Of a DNA stretch of 64,000 bases, positions 1 through 9,034 are shown one piece after another. The notes beneath the pieces were generated by a model that was given only the letters and a program-made list of their open reading frames with translations, searched no databases and had not been told where the DNA came from. This DNA comes from an uncultured Bifidobacterium sp. (GTDB lineage: Bacteria; Acidobacteriota; Vicinamibacteria; Vicinamibacterales; CAVVIG01), in the NCBI GenBank assembly GCA_964577955.1, contig CAZOAZ010000013.1, positions 48,284 through 112,283 on the forward strand, given 5' to 3'. The position numbers and the translations under genes were made by a program. The stretch's first letter is position 1. Every line of letters starts with the position of its first letter.

Positions 1-2481
1 GGGCTGACGCTGGTCGCGACGCGGCTCGAGGGGGATCAGCCGCGCGTCGTCGGGAGCGCGTCCTACACGGTGACCTCCCCCGGCGCGGCCGAGGCCGCCT
101 TCGCCGTCGCCGGCGATCTTCAGGGGCACGGTCTCGGCATGCTGCTGCTGGAACAACTGGCGGCGCAGGCGCGGAATCATGGTATCGAGCGATTTGTCGC
201 CACGACGTTCACCGAGAACGTCCCGATGCTGGAGGTCTTCCGCCACTCGGGATTCCTCGTGCGCACCAACGTTGCGGCGGGTTGTGTCGATGTCGAGCTC
301 GAGCTGGAGGCTGATCGATCCGGTATCGCCGCCGCGGAGGCAAGGCGCCAGCAGGCCACGGTTCACTCTCTCGACCATCTCCTCAAGCCGCGCCGCGTCG
401 CCGTGATCGGCGCGTCGCGCGATCCCAAGAAGATCGGCAGCCATGTCCTCTCGGCGCTGCTCGCCGGCGGGTACACCGGACAGATCGATGTCGTCCATGC
501 CGAAGCAACGGAGATTCAGGGCCTTCGGACCGTCACGTCTGCGCGCGATCTGTCCGCCGGCGTCGATCTCGCGGTGATCGCGGTACCCGCCAATCGCGTG
601 CTCGCGACCGTCGACGACTGCGGACACGCCGGCGTGCGCACGCTGATCATTCTCAGTGCGGGCTTCGCCGAATCCGGGCCGGACGGCCGAACGCTCCAGG
701 ACGCCGTGCTCGCTCGAGCTCGCGGCTACGGCATGCGGCTGCTCGGGCCCAACTGCCTCGGCGTCCTCAATCTGGATCCAGCGGTCCGGCTGAACGCGTC
801 ATTTTCCCCCGCGATCCCGCCGGCGGGCGACATCGCGTTTGTCTCGCAAAGCGGTGCGCTCGGCATCGCGGTCCTCGATCTGGCGGCGGAACGAGGCCTG
901 GGCCTTTCCACATTTGTCAGCATCGGCAACCGCGCCGACGTCTCGAGCAACGACTTGCTCGAGTATTGGCAGGAGGACGCTGCGGCCCGAGTGATTCTGC
1001 TCTACCTTGAGTCGTTCGGGAATCCGCGGCGGTTCGCGCGCATCGCCCGACGGACGTCACGCCAGAAGCCGATCGTCGCGCTCAAGGCGGGCCGGACCAC
1101 TGGTGGCGCCCGCGCCGCAGGGAGTCACACCGCGGCGCTCGCCAGCAATGACGCGATCGTCGAAGCCGTCTTCCAGCAGACCGGTGTCATCCGCGCCGAA
1201 TCCGCCGACGAATTGTTCGATCTTGCCGCCTGCCTCGACAGCCAGCCGCTGCCGGCGGGTCGCCGCGTCGCGATCGTCACCAATGCCGGCGGACCGGGAA
1301 TCCTGGCGGCTGATGCCTGCGACGGCGCCGGGCTGACGCTCGCGGACCTCTCGCCCGACACCGCGGCACGGCTCCAGGCCGCCCTGCCGGCCGCCGCGAG
1401 CCGCACCAATCCGATCGACATGATCGCCGCGGCCACTGCACCCAACTACCGGGCCACGCTCGACGCCGTCCTCCTCGACCCGGGTGTCGATGCCGTCGTC
1501 GTCATTTACACTCCGATTGACGTGAATCGATCGAGCGGCATCCTGGCGGCCATCGGTGATGCGGTCGTGGCGGCGCGCACCGCGGCAATTCAGAAACCGG
1601 TCCTGGTGTGCTTCACTGGGCGCCAGCGGCCCACGACGGTCGCGGCTGGGGCGGAACGCCTGCCGGTCTATCTCTTTCCCGAGAATGCGGTTCGCGCGCT
1701 CGGGAAGATCACGCGCTACGCCGACTGGCGCCGCCAGCCGGAAGGCGTCTACGTGGAACACGACGACATCCGGGTCGAAGACGCGCGGCGGATCTGTGCC
1801 CAGGCACTCGCCCAGCGCGGCCCGGGCTGGCTGACCGCGGACGAAACGACCGAGCTGTTGCGCGCCGGCACTCTTCCGCTCGTCGCGTCCGCGACCGCGG
1901 CGACGGCCGACGAGGCCGTGCGAATCGCCGCGATGAGTGGGTATCCGGTCGCCGCCAAGATGATCGCGCGCGGCGGACAGCACAAGACCGATGTCGGCGG
2001 GGTCTGCACCGCTCTGTCGAGCGCGGCCGCGGTCAGGGAGGCGTTCGACCTTCTTCAGGCGCGCGCGACACGGCTTCCCTCCGGCAGCGTCGATCCGGGT
2101 GTGCTGATCCAGCCGATGATGACCGGCATCGAAACCTTCGTCGGGCTGACGCACGACCCGGTGTTCGGTCCGGTCATCGGCTTTGGCATGGGCGGTGTGA
2201 ACGTCGAGATCTTCCGCGACGTGCACTTTCGGCCGGCGCCGCTGTCCGATCGCGACATCGCCGATCTCATGGCACAATCGGCCATCGGGCGCCTGTTGGA
2301 CGGGTATCGTGGTCATCCGCCCGCCGATCGGCCCGCGCTCGAACAGGTTCTACAGCGCCTCTCGCAACTCGCGGAAGCGCTTCCTGAAATCGTCGAACTG
2401 GACCTCAATCCAGTCATGGTTCAACCGCGTGGAGAAGGCTGCCGCATCGTCGACGCCCGAATCCGCGTCGCCGCCATTTAA
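1..2481 (+). CDS. GNAT N-acetyltransferase / NDP-forming acyl-CoA synthetase fusion (Pat-like protein lysine acetyltransferase), 5'-partial
   Basis: Frame is open from base 1. GNAT acetyl-CoA motif DLQGHGLG, CoA-binding VAVIGAS, LLGPNCLG, SQSGALG, GSHT and a C-terminal ATP-grasp (ELDLNPV). Confidence 0.85.
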   Translation, partial: GLTLVATRLEGDQPRVVGSASYTVTSPGAAEAAFAVAGDLQGHGLGMLLLEQLAAQARNHGIERFVATTFTENVPMLEVFRHSGFLVRTNVAAGCVDVELELEADRSGIAAAEARRQQATVHSLDHLLKPRRVAVIGASRDPKKIGSHVLSALLAGGYTGQIDVVHAEATEIQGLRTVTSARDLSAGVDLAVIAVPANRVLATVDDCGHAGVRTLIILSAGFAESGPDGRTLQDAVLARARGYGMRLLGPNCLGVLNLDPAVRLNASFSPAIPPAGDIAFVSQSGALGIAVLDLAAERGLGLSTFVSIGNRADVSSNDLLEYWQEDAAARVILLYLESFGNPRRFARIARRTSRQKPIVALKAGRTTGGARAAGSHTAALASNDAIVEAVFQQTGVIRAESADELFDLAACLDSQPLPAGRRVAIVTNAGGPGILAADACDGAGLTLADLSPDTAARLQAALPAAASRTNPIDMIAAATAPNYRATLDAVLLDPGVDAVVVIYTPIDVNRSSGILAAIGDAVVAARTAAIQKPVLVCFTGRQRPTTVAAGAERLPVYLFPENAVRALGKITRYADWRRQPEGVYVEHDDIRVEDARRICAQALAQRGPGWLTADETTELLRAGTLPLVASATAATADEAVRIAAMSGYPVAAKMIARGGQHKTDVGGVCTALSSAAAVREAFDLLQARATRLPSGSVDPGVLIQPMMTGIETFVGLTHDPVFGPVIGFGMGGVNVEIFRDVHFRPAPLSDRDIADLMAQSAIGRLLDGYRGHPPADRPALEQVLQRLSQLAEALPEIVELDLNPVMVQPRGEGCRIVDARIRVAAI

Positions 2482-2508
2482 CAACCGCCCGTCGCCTGGA
2501 GTGTCCTC

Positions 2509-2889
2509 ATGTCTACTCATGCTGTCGTCTGGATCGATCACAAAGAAGCCCGGGTCTTTCATGTCGCCAAGAAGACGGCTGACGAGGTGACGATCCTGTC
2601 GCCTCAGCACCACGTGCATCGCCATCCCAAGGGCCAGGGCGAAGCGCGCGAACATCCCGACGATGCCAAGCGCTTCTTTCACGAGATCGCGGGGTCACTG
2701 AAAGGGATCGATGCGATCCTCATCGTCGGACCGTCGTCGGCCAAGCTCGAACTGTTCAAGTACCTTCATGAGCACGACCGGGCGGTTGGCGACAACGTCG
2801 TCGGCGTCGAGTCGGCGGATCACCCGACCGATGGCGAAATCGTCGCGCGGGCGCGAAGCTACTTCAGGGCGAGCGATCGGATGCGATAG
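2509..2889 (+). CDS. eRF1-domain-2-like / host-attachment-like 'translational machinery' protein
   Basis: 126 aa; HAVVWIDHKEARVF, ILIVGPSSAK and DHPTDGEIVA match this family as I recall it. Confidence 0.7.
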   Translation: MSTHAVVWIDHKEARVFHVAKKTADEVTILSPQHHVHRHPKGQGEAREHPDDAKRFFHEIAGSLKGIDAILIVGPSSAKLELFKYLHEHDRAVGDNVVGVESADHPTDGEIVARARSYFRASDRMR

Positions 2890-2977
2890 AGACCGATCAC
2901 AAGACGATCGAGGCCAGCACCCCGTGACGCGCCGCGGTAGACATCGAAGGAGCGGTTCCTTGCAGACGACGAGCACC

Positions 2978-4837
2978 TCATGGCTGACCGACGCCGGCAA
3001 GCCCTCGTGCCGGCCATGCGGTGCTCGCCTGTGATTCGTCATGGTCACGACGAAACTGGATCGCGTGGAGCATCGCGTAGAGACCGCCGCGATCGAGCAG
3101 TTCCTGATGGGTGCCGCGTTCGACGATCGCGCCCGCATCGACGACGAAGATCACGTCGGCGCGGCGAATCGTCGCCAGGCGATGTGCATTGATGATGCAC
3201 GTGCGACCGGCAGTCAGGTTTCCAAGCGCCTCGAGAACCAACTGTTCCGACTTCGCGTCGAGGCCGGTCGTCGGCTCGTCCATGATCAGGATCGGTGCGT
3301 CGCGAATGATCGCCCGCGCGATGGCGATCCGCTGCCGCTGTCCGCCGGAGAGCGTAGCCCCGCGCTCTCCCACCAGCGTGTCGTAGCCATCGGGAAGCGC
3401 CCTGATGAATTCGTCGGCGTGCGCCAGGGTCGCGGCCCGCACGATATCGGCGCGCGTCGCCGTTGGCCGTCCGTAGGCGATGTTCTGCCAGACCGGCGCA
3501 TGAAACAGGATCGACTCCTGCGGGACGAAGCTGATGTTCTGGCGGAGCGAGTCGAGCGTGTAGCGGCGCACATCCCGATCGTCGATGCGGATCTCGCCTG
3601 ACTGGACATCGTAGAACCGCGGAATCAGATTGATGAGGGTCGTCTTGCCGGCGCCGGTCGGACCGACGAAGGCGGCGATCTGTCCGGGCGCAATCGCCAG
3701 GCTGACGTCTTTCACGGCGAGCCGATCTGCGGTGTAGCCGAACGAGACATGATCGAACGCGATCGCCCCGCGAACCGTTCCGGCCGTCAGCACCTCACCG
3801 CGATCGGCAGTCTGCTCGGGCTCGCGCATGACCTCCTGGATGGCCTCGAGGCCGACCGACGCGCGCGACACCGTGTTGGCCATTCTGGCCAGATCCTTCA
3901 CGGGCGAATAGAGTTTGCGCAGGTAGAGCATGACGATCACCAGCGCGCCGGCCGTCATCGCGCCCGACAGGACCAGCCGCGCGCCGTACCACAAGACGAC
4001 GCCGGTGCCGGCGGCGATGATCACGTCGATGAGCGGCGAGAGACGGGCCTTGAGCGCGCGGGCCTCGAGCGTCGCCTCGACCTGCTCGCGGCTGCCCCGC
4101 TCGAACCGGCGTTCCTCGAAGTCCTCCCCCGCGAACGCCTTGACCACCCGAATCGACGAGAACACTTCGGCAATCGTCGACACGACCTCGCTCTCCTTCT
4201 TCCGCGCCCGTCGCGACATCTGCTTGACCCGTCGTTTGTAGCGGAGTGCGATGCCGAAGAGCAGCGGCGTGATCGCGAGGGCGAGCAGGCTGAACCGCCA
4301 ATTGAGATAGAACATCAGGCCGAGCATGCCGGCGAGCGTCAGCAGGTCGATCAACGCGTCCACCAGCACCGCGGTCGCCAGGCTTTGCACGGCGTCAATG
4401 TCTCTGGTCATGCGATTGATCAAGTCGCCGGTTTGTCGCTGGTCATAGAACTGCAGGGACAGGCGCTCGATGTGGTGATACACCCTGCAGCGCAGGTCAT
4501 GGCCGACCCACTCGCCTACGCTCGACAGCAAGTAGCTCTGGGCGTACGAACTGATCGCATCGATGATCGCGATCGCGACGACCGCCGCCACCGCAAACAG
4601 GAGAATCGCGTTGGTGTTGTCGCCGAATACCGTCTGCAGGAACGTCGTGAGCCAGGCCGGCAGCCGCCGCCCGGCGAGGACGTTGTCGAGGACGATCTTC
4701 AACGGCCAGGGCTGCAACAGGTCGGCGGCGCTGATACCGATCACCGCCACCAGTGCGAGAGCGAGCCGCTTCCAGTGCGGCCGGAGCACCGCCGCGAAGT
4801 CGATGACCCTGGCGCTTGGTTCTTGGAGAACAGGCAA
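2978..4837 (-). CDS. ABC exporter, fused permease + ATP-binding (MsbA/MdlB-like)
   Basis: N-terminal TM helices, Walker A GPTGAGKT, signature LSGGQRQR, Walker B ILIMDE. Confidence 0.9.
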   Translation of the reverse strand: MPVLQEPSARVIDFAAVLRPHWKRLALALVAVIGISAADLLQPWPLKIVLDNVLAGRRLPAWLTTFLQTVFGDNTNAILLFAVAAVVAIAIIDAISSYAQSYLLSSVGEWVGHDLRCRVYHHIERLSLQFYDQRQTGDLINRMTRDIDAVQSLATAVLVDALIDLLTLAGMLGLMFYLNWRFSLLALAITPLLFGIALRYKRRVKQMSRRARKKESEVVSTIAEVFSSIRVVKAFAGEDFEERRFERGSREQVEATLEARALKARLSPLIDVIIAAGTGVVLWYGARLVLSGAMTAGALVIVMLYLRKLYSPVKDLARMANTVSRASVGLEAIQEVMREPEQTADRGEVLTAGTVRGAIAFDHVSFGYTADRLAVKDVSLAIAPGQIAAFVGPTGAGKTTLINLIPRFYDVQSGEIRIDDRDVRRYTLDSLRQNISFVPQESILFHAPVWQNIAYGRPTATRADIVRAATLAHADEFIRALPDGYDTLVGERGATLSGGQRQRIAIARAIIRDAPILIMDEPTTGLDAKSEQLVLEALGNLTAGRTCIINAHRLATIRRADVIFVVDAGAIVERGTHQELLDRGGLYAMLHAIQFRRDHDESQASTAWPARGLAGVGQP

Positions 4838-4852
4838 TCAACGGACGCTCGA

Positions 4853-4866
4853 GCAAAGGCCAGACC
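4853..4866 (-). promoter_or_regulatory. sigma54 -24/-12 element (weaker) for the ABC exporter
   Basis: Minus strand tGG-tctggccttt-GC; 15 nt before the TTG start. Confidence 0.45.
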
Positions 4867-4911
4867 ACCTCGGCACCCGTTCAGCGGCGCTCTTTTTTGT
4901 AGTCCGGCAGC

Positions 4912-4943
4912 GGAGTTTTCCGGACGATGGTGAGATTTTCCCA
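4912..4943. promoter_or_regulatory. Tandem putative enhancer (UAS) boxes
   Basis: GGAGTTTTCC (4912) and GAGATTTTCC (4932), between divergent sigma54 sites. Confidence 0.55.
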
Positions 4944-4987
4944 ACCGCCGCAGCCGTCCCGGTCTCCAGCGGCGATCGGCGCGGCGT

Positions 4988-5001
4988 GGCGGATTTATTG
5001 C
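4988..5001 (+). promoter_or_regulatory. sigma54 -24/-12 element
   Basis: tGG-cggatttatt-GCa upstream of the ATG at 5035. Confidence 0.65.
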
Positions 5002-5034
5002 ACTGAGCCAGGACGCCTTCACCTGGAGATTCCC

Positions 5035-5418
5035 ATGATGAGTCCCGCGCCCTTCAGCTCAATCGGCGAGCTGCTCGAACGCAGCCTGAACATTCGTCAC
5101 GTCTATGGCGAGCCGGTGCATCGTGGCGACACGACAGTCGTGCCCGTCGCTCAGGTCGCCTACGTCTTCGGCGGTGGGGGCGGTCAGGCACCCGCTCGCG
5201 GGCACGGCCGCGTCGCGGATGCAGGTGCGGCAGACCAGGACGGACGGCGGGATGCGCAAGGGGCCGGCGGCGGTGGCGCGGTCCGCATGATGCCGGTCGG
5301 CGCCCTCGAAGTCGGACCGGAGGGCACTCGCTTCATTCACTTCCACCCGTTCAAGCCGCTGCTCGGCGCGGTAGCGGCCGGGCTCGTGGCCGGATGGCTG
5401 CTGGCGCGCCGCCGCTGA
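5035..5418 (+). CDS. GerW/YtfJ family protein
   Basis: RBS GGAG at 5025; VYGEPV...VVPVA, FGGGGG, GAGGGG...PVG and a C-terminal TM segment. Confidence 0.75.
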   Translation: MMSPAPFSSIGELLERSLNIRHVYGEPVHRGDTTVVPVAQVAYVFGGGGGQAPARGHGRVADAGAADQDGRRDAQGAGGGGAVRMMPVGALEVGPEGTRFIHFHPFKPLLGAVAAGLVAGWLLARRR

Positions 5419-5443
5419 CCGTCGCGAGCGACGAGCCCGCGGA

Positions 5444-5539
5444 CCGATCATCGCCGCCGAACGGTTCGGCACTCACGGGTGGATGCTCTGGAACCCGCGC
5501 AACGAGTACTCGGCGACTGATCTGGCGCCGCGCCACTGA
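5444..5539 (+). pseudogene. Orphan 3' fragment of a putative glycoside hydrolase (DUF4015-like) gene
   Basis: Translates IIAAERFGTHGWMLWNPRNEYSATDLAPRH*, resembling that family's C-terminal G-W-L-W-N motif; no start codon or upstream gene body. Confidence 0.45.
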
Positions 5540-5588
5540 CGACTTCGAGTGAATGGCCCGCCTGAAGTTCGTCCGGCCGTTCCAGCCG

Positions 5589-5754
5589 CTAGTGGCCTGT
5601 CCACGCTGAAGCAGTACCGATTGCCGGAGCGCGGCGCCCGGATCGCAAGGCGCGAAGAGCGAGCTTATTGGGCATAAGTGAGCGATGAGCAACGCCGCGA
5701 GGCGGGATGCCCCGCCCGGCAGGCGGTACTGCTTCAGCGTGGACAGGCCACTAG
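5589..5754. mobile_element. MITE (non-autonomous IS derivative)
   Basis: Perfect 31-bp terminal inverted repeats CTAGTGGCCTGTCCACGCTGAAGCAGTACCG (5589-5619 and 5724-5754), 104-bp non-coding core, CTAG at both ends. Confidence 0.8.
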
Positions 5755-6500
5755 TGCCGCCCAACCGGGTGGATCGGGACGGCCGGAACGCCGGCGTAGA
5801 TCTGCCCGCCCGCGAGCTCGGCATGCTTCGGGACAAAACTCAGGGCCCCGACTTGCGTATCGGGCCCGATCTCGACGCCGATCTCGATGACGCTGCTGAG
5901 TCCGATCGTGACGTTTCGACCGAGCCTTACCCGCGCGGTCTTCAGAAGACCGCCCTCCACGGTGTGTCCCGACAGATGCACCCCGCCGCCGATCACGACA
6001 TCGTCGCCGAATTCGAGCAGGTTGTAGTCGCTCACCGAGAGACTATTGATGTACACGCGCTTGCCCAGCCGCGCCCCTCCCAGGCGGACGTGAGCCGTCC
6101 AGATCGGTGTCCCGCGAAACAGTGATCCAGCGATGAACCTGACCAGATGGATCGACGCGCCGTACCGGACCCAGCGCAGGAGCGCCCAATCGAAGTCGGC
6201 GAGCCGCAGTTCAACGTTCACGGGCGTCTGCCACCCCACCAGCCGCCACGCAAGCGGCGCGATCAGCATCAGGCACACCGCAAAAAGCACGTAGGATGGG
6301 ACGATGGCAGCACTGCCCAGGACGGCCCCCATCCCCGGCCCCGTGACCGCCGGCATCAACAGCTGCCACAAGAGGACGACCGGCAGGATGGACACGGCGC
6401 ACACGACGACCTGGACGACGATCAACGTCGCGACCGTCCAGACGATGCGCCACGCGATCACGGCCGTTGACGCCCCTCGGGTTTCTCGCGGCTGCGACAT
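5751..6500 (-). CDS. Membrane-anchored hexapeptide-repeat (left-handed beta-helix) acyltransferase
   Basis: N-terminal TMs followed by LGKRVYI, FGDDVVIGGG, LGRNVTIG and IGPDTQVGA repeats. Confidence 0.75.
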   Translation of the reverse strand: MSQPRETRGASTAVIAWRIVWTVATLIVVQVVVCAVSILPVVLLWQLLMPAVTGPGMGAVLGSAAIVPSYVLFAVCLMLIAPLAWRLVGWQTPVNVELRLADFDWALLRWVRYGASIHLVRFIAGSLFRGTPIWTAHVRLGGARLGKRVYINSLSVSDYNLLEFGDDVVIGGGVHLSGHTVEGGLLKTARVRLGRNVTIGLSSVIEIGVEIGPDTQVGALSFVPKHAELAGGQIYAGVPAVPIHPVGRH

Positions 6501-6508
6501 GAGCCCCC

Positions 6509-7264
6509 ATGATGCCTGACTACGATCCACGGTTGAAGGTCGAAGGAACGGGCCCGGCGCTGATCCTGGTGCCCGGCATGAATGGCAGCGGCGAGCTCTT
6601 CTACGGTCAGATCCCGCGACTCGTGAAGCGCTACCGCGTGGCCACCTACTCTCTGAGAGACGATGCCGGCAGCCTGGACGTCCTGGCCAATGATCTTCTG
6701 AACGTGATCGACCGGGCGGCAGCGCCGGGGGCTCGCGCCATCGTCGTCGGCGAATCGTTCGGCGGCGCGGTCGCCCTCACCTTTGCGTTGAAATATCCGG
6801 AACGGGTCGAGGCGCTGATCATCCTGAATTCGTTCCCGTACTTCGGACCGCAACTGCGGCTGACCCTGGCGCTGTCAGGCCTGAGCATTCTGCCGTGGGG
6901 CGCGATGCGTCTGGTCCGCCGTCTGACGGCGTGGCGCCTGCATTCCCGGCACACGCATCGCGCCGAGGTCACGCGCTTCATCGAGCTCACCGCCGATGCG
7001 ACGAAGGACGGCTACGTGAACCGCCTCAGACTGCTGCGCCGCTACGATGTCCGCGACCAACTCGATCGGCTCCAGCCGCCCGTGCTGTTTCTCGCTGCTG
7101 AAGAGGACCACCTGGTTCCCTCGGTCGCCCAGGCGCGGTACATGTCGGAGCGCACGCCACAAGCCACCCTTCGCATTCTCGAAGGGCATGGCCACATCTG
7201 CCTGATCGCGCCGGATCTCGATCTGAGCGCGATCATCACGGAGTGGCGCGCAAGTCGCGGGTGA
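6509..7264 (+). CDS. alpha/beta hydrolase
   Basis: Nucleophile elbow GESFGG, AEEDHLVP (Asp) and GHGH (His). Confidence 0.85.
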   Translation: MMPDYDPRLKVEGTGPALILVPGMNGSGELFYGQIPRLVKRYRVATYSLRDDAGSLDVLANDLLNVIDRAAAPGARAIVVGESFGGAVALTFALKYPERVEALIILNSFPYFGPQLRLTLALSGLSILPWGAMRLVRRLTAWRLHSRHTHRAEVTRFIELTADATKDGYVNRLRLLRRYDVRDQLDRLQPPVLFLAAEEDHLVPSVAQARYMSERTPQATLRILEGHGHICLIAPDLDLSAIITEWRASRG

Positions 7265-7268
7265 ACCA
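7206..7268 (+). repeat. Imperfect 63-bp direct repeat, copy 1
   Basis: 55/63 identical to 8346-8408 (offset 1140 bp), counted by hand. Confidence 0.85.
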
Positions 7269-7313
7269 CGCGACTTGAGCCGTCAGTGTGGCGGGTTCAC
7301 GTGCCGCGACGCT

Positions 7314-8238
7314 CTACCGATGCCACGTCTGAAGGTCTCGGATGTAGTTCGCCCGCTCAAAGAGCGCCGGACTGCCAACCGTCTTCAGGCTGACCCGCCC
7401 TCGCATCTCCCCAATGGACGACATCTTTCGTCGCCTTCACGCCATCTGACCATGTTTCGATGCCGCCGCCGGCAATCAATGACGGTCGGACGCGACCATG
7501 AAGAATCGCCAGCCAGCGCAGTCTCAAGAGCAGCTCCGCACGGCTCGACAGTTCCAGATGAGACACCGCCGAGAGTGCATCGATGTCGATGTCGGGTTGG
7601 TAAAACCGGTTGAACAGTACCAGCCCGTCGACGCCCGCTTGATCGAGTTGGCTCGCCAGGTTCGCGAACGCTGAATAGAACGGTCCGAGCTTCACCGCCA
7701 CCGGAATCTTGATTGAACTCTTCAGCTCGGTGATCGCCAGCAAGAGGGCGCGTTCGATTGATGCAGCGGAGACCTGCGTCTCTGATGCCACTTCATAGAA
7801 GTTCACCTCGATGGCGTCGGCGCCGGCCGCCTCCACCATCGAGGCATATGACAGCCAGGCACCGCCGCCGGTCCCATTGAGCGAGGCGACGATCGGGATC
7901 TTCAAGGCTGCCTTGAGGCGTCTCACATGCTCGAGATAGTCATCGGGCGCGAAGTAGTAACGATCGAGCGGCGGAAATGCCTCGAGCCTCGAGGCGAACG
8001 GCAGCAACTCCACAGGTGTGGCGCCGTGAATGAGTCCGCTCTTGAACTCGGTGATCTGCTCCTGGAACAGTGAGGGAAGGACAATCGCGGCGGCACCGCC
8101 GTCCTCAAGCCGGCGTGCGCCGTCCAGATCAGCGCTGAGCGGCGAGGCACCAGCGACGAAGGGGTGTTCGAGGCGGAGCCCCAGATACGTCGTACTCATA
8201 TCCACGGCCGGTGCCTTCGCGGTCCTGACGAGATCCAT
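7314..8238 (-). pseudogene. Dihydroorotate dehydrogenase-like protein, frameshifted by an internal deletion
   Basis: MSTTYLGLRLEHPF...VAVKLGPF...LFNRFYQPDID...GGGI. After GVKA the frame diverges, while the typical C-terminus (SSIGEMRGRVSL...PALFERANYIRDLQTW*) continues in another frame to the TAG at 7314. Confidence 0.75.
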
Positions 8239-8345
8239 CGTGCACTCCTTGCGTGCTCACAGTCGAAGAATGCCCGGCGGCCGGGACAAGGCGCTGTCTC
8301 CTTTTGCACAGCTGACGAAGAGCGTGGACGCATCCACCTGTCAGG

Positions 8346-8408
8346 TCGCGCCGGACGTCGCTCTGAGCGCCATCATCACGGAGTGGCGCGCACGTGGTGG
8401 ATGAACCA
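8346..8408 (+). repeat. Imperfect 63-bp direct repeat, copy 2
   Basis: Matches 7206-7268 and contains the stop codon of the dienelactone hydrolase gene. Confidence 0.85.
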
Positions 8409-9026
8409 ATCGCCGGCGAGCGCCGCGACCTGTTCGAGCGCACCAGGCTCCTCGAACAGGTGCGTGGCGCCTGGCACGATCTGCAGCTTCACTTCCCCGC
8501 GCATCTGACGCATCGCGTCGCGGTTCATCTGAATCACCAGCGTGTCCAGGCCGCCGACGATGAGCAGGGTGGGTGCCTTCACGTACGGCAGCGCATCGCC
8601 CGCTAGATCCGGCCGTCCTCCCCGCGACACCACCGCGGCAATCTCGCGCGGGCGATCCGCGGCCGCCATCAGCGCCGCCCCGCCACCGGTGCTGGCCCCG
8701 AACAGTCCAATCGGGAGCGATGCCGTTGACGGCTCACGCCGCAGCCAATCCACAATCCGCACGAGCCGGTCGGCAAGGCGCGGCATGTCGAAGCGATACT
8801 GGCGGGTGTGTTCGTCGATGGCGTCCTCGGCAGGCGTGAGCAGGTCGATCAGCAGCGTCGCCAGGTGCCGCGCCTCGAGGGCCCGCGCCACATGCTGGTT
8901 CCGCGAACTGTGGCGGCTGCTGCCGCTGCCGTGGGCGAACAGCACGAGACCGCGCGACGCCGCAGGCACCGTCAAGTCGCCCTGCAGCTGCGCTCCGGTG
9001 ATCGGCACGTAGACCGGAACAGTCAC
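8376..9026 (-). CDS. Dienelactone hydrolase family protein
   Basis: LFAHGSGSSRHS, GASTGG, SRGGRPDLA and GATHLFEEPG. Start codon (GTG 9026) is uncertain. Confidence 0.85.
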   Translation of the reverse strand: MTVPVYVPITGAQLQGDLTVPAASRGLVLFAHGSGSSRHSSRNQHVARALEARHLATLLIDLLTPAEDAIDEHTRQYRFDMPRLADRLVRIVDWLRREPSTASLPIGLFGASTGGGAALMAAADRPREIAAVVSRGGRPDLAGDALPYVKAPTLLIVGGLDTLVIQMNRDAMRQMRGEVKLQIVPGATHLFEEPGALEQVAALAGDWFIHHVRATP

Positions 9027-9034
9027 CCCAAGCC

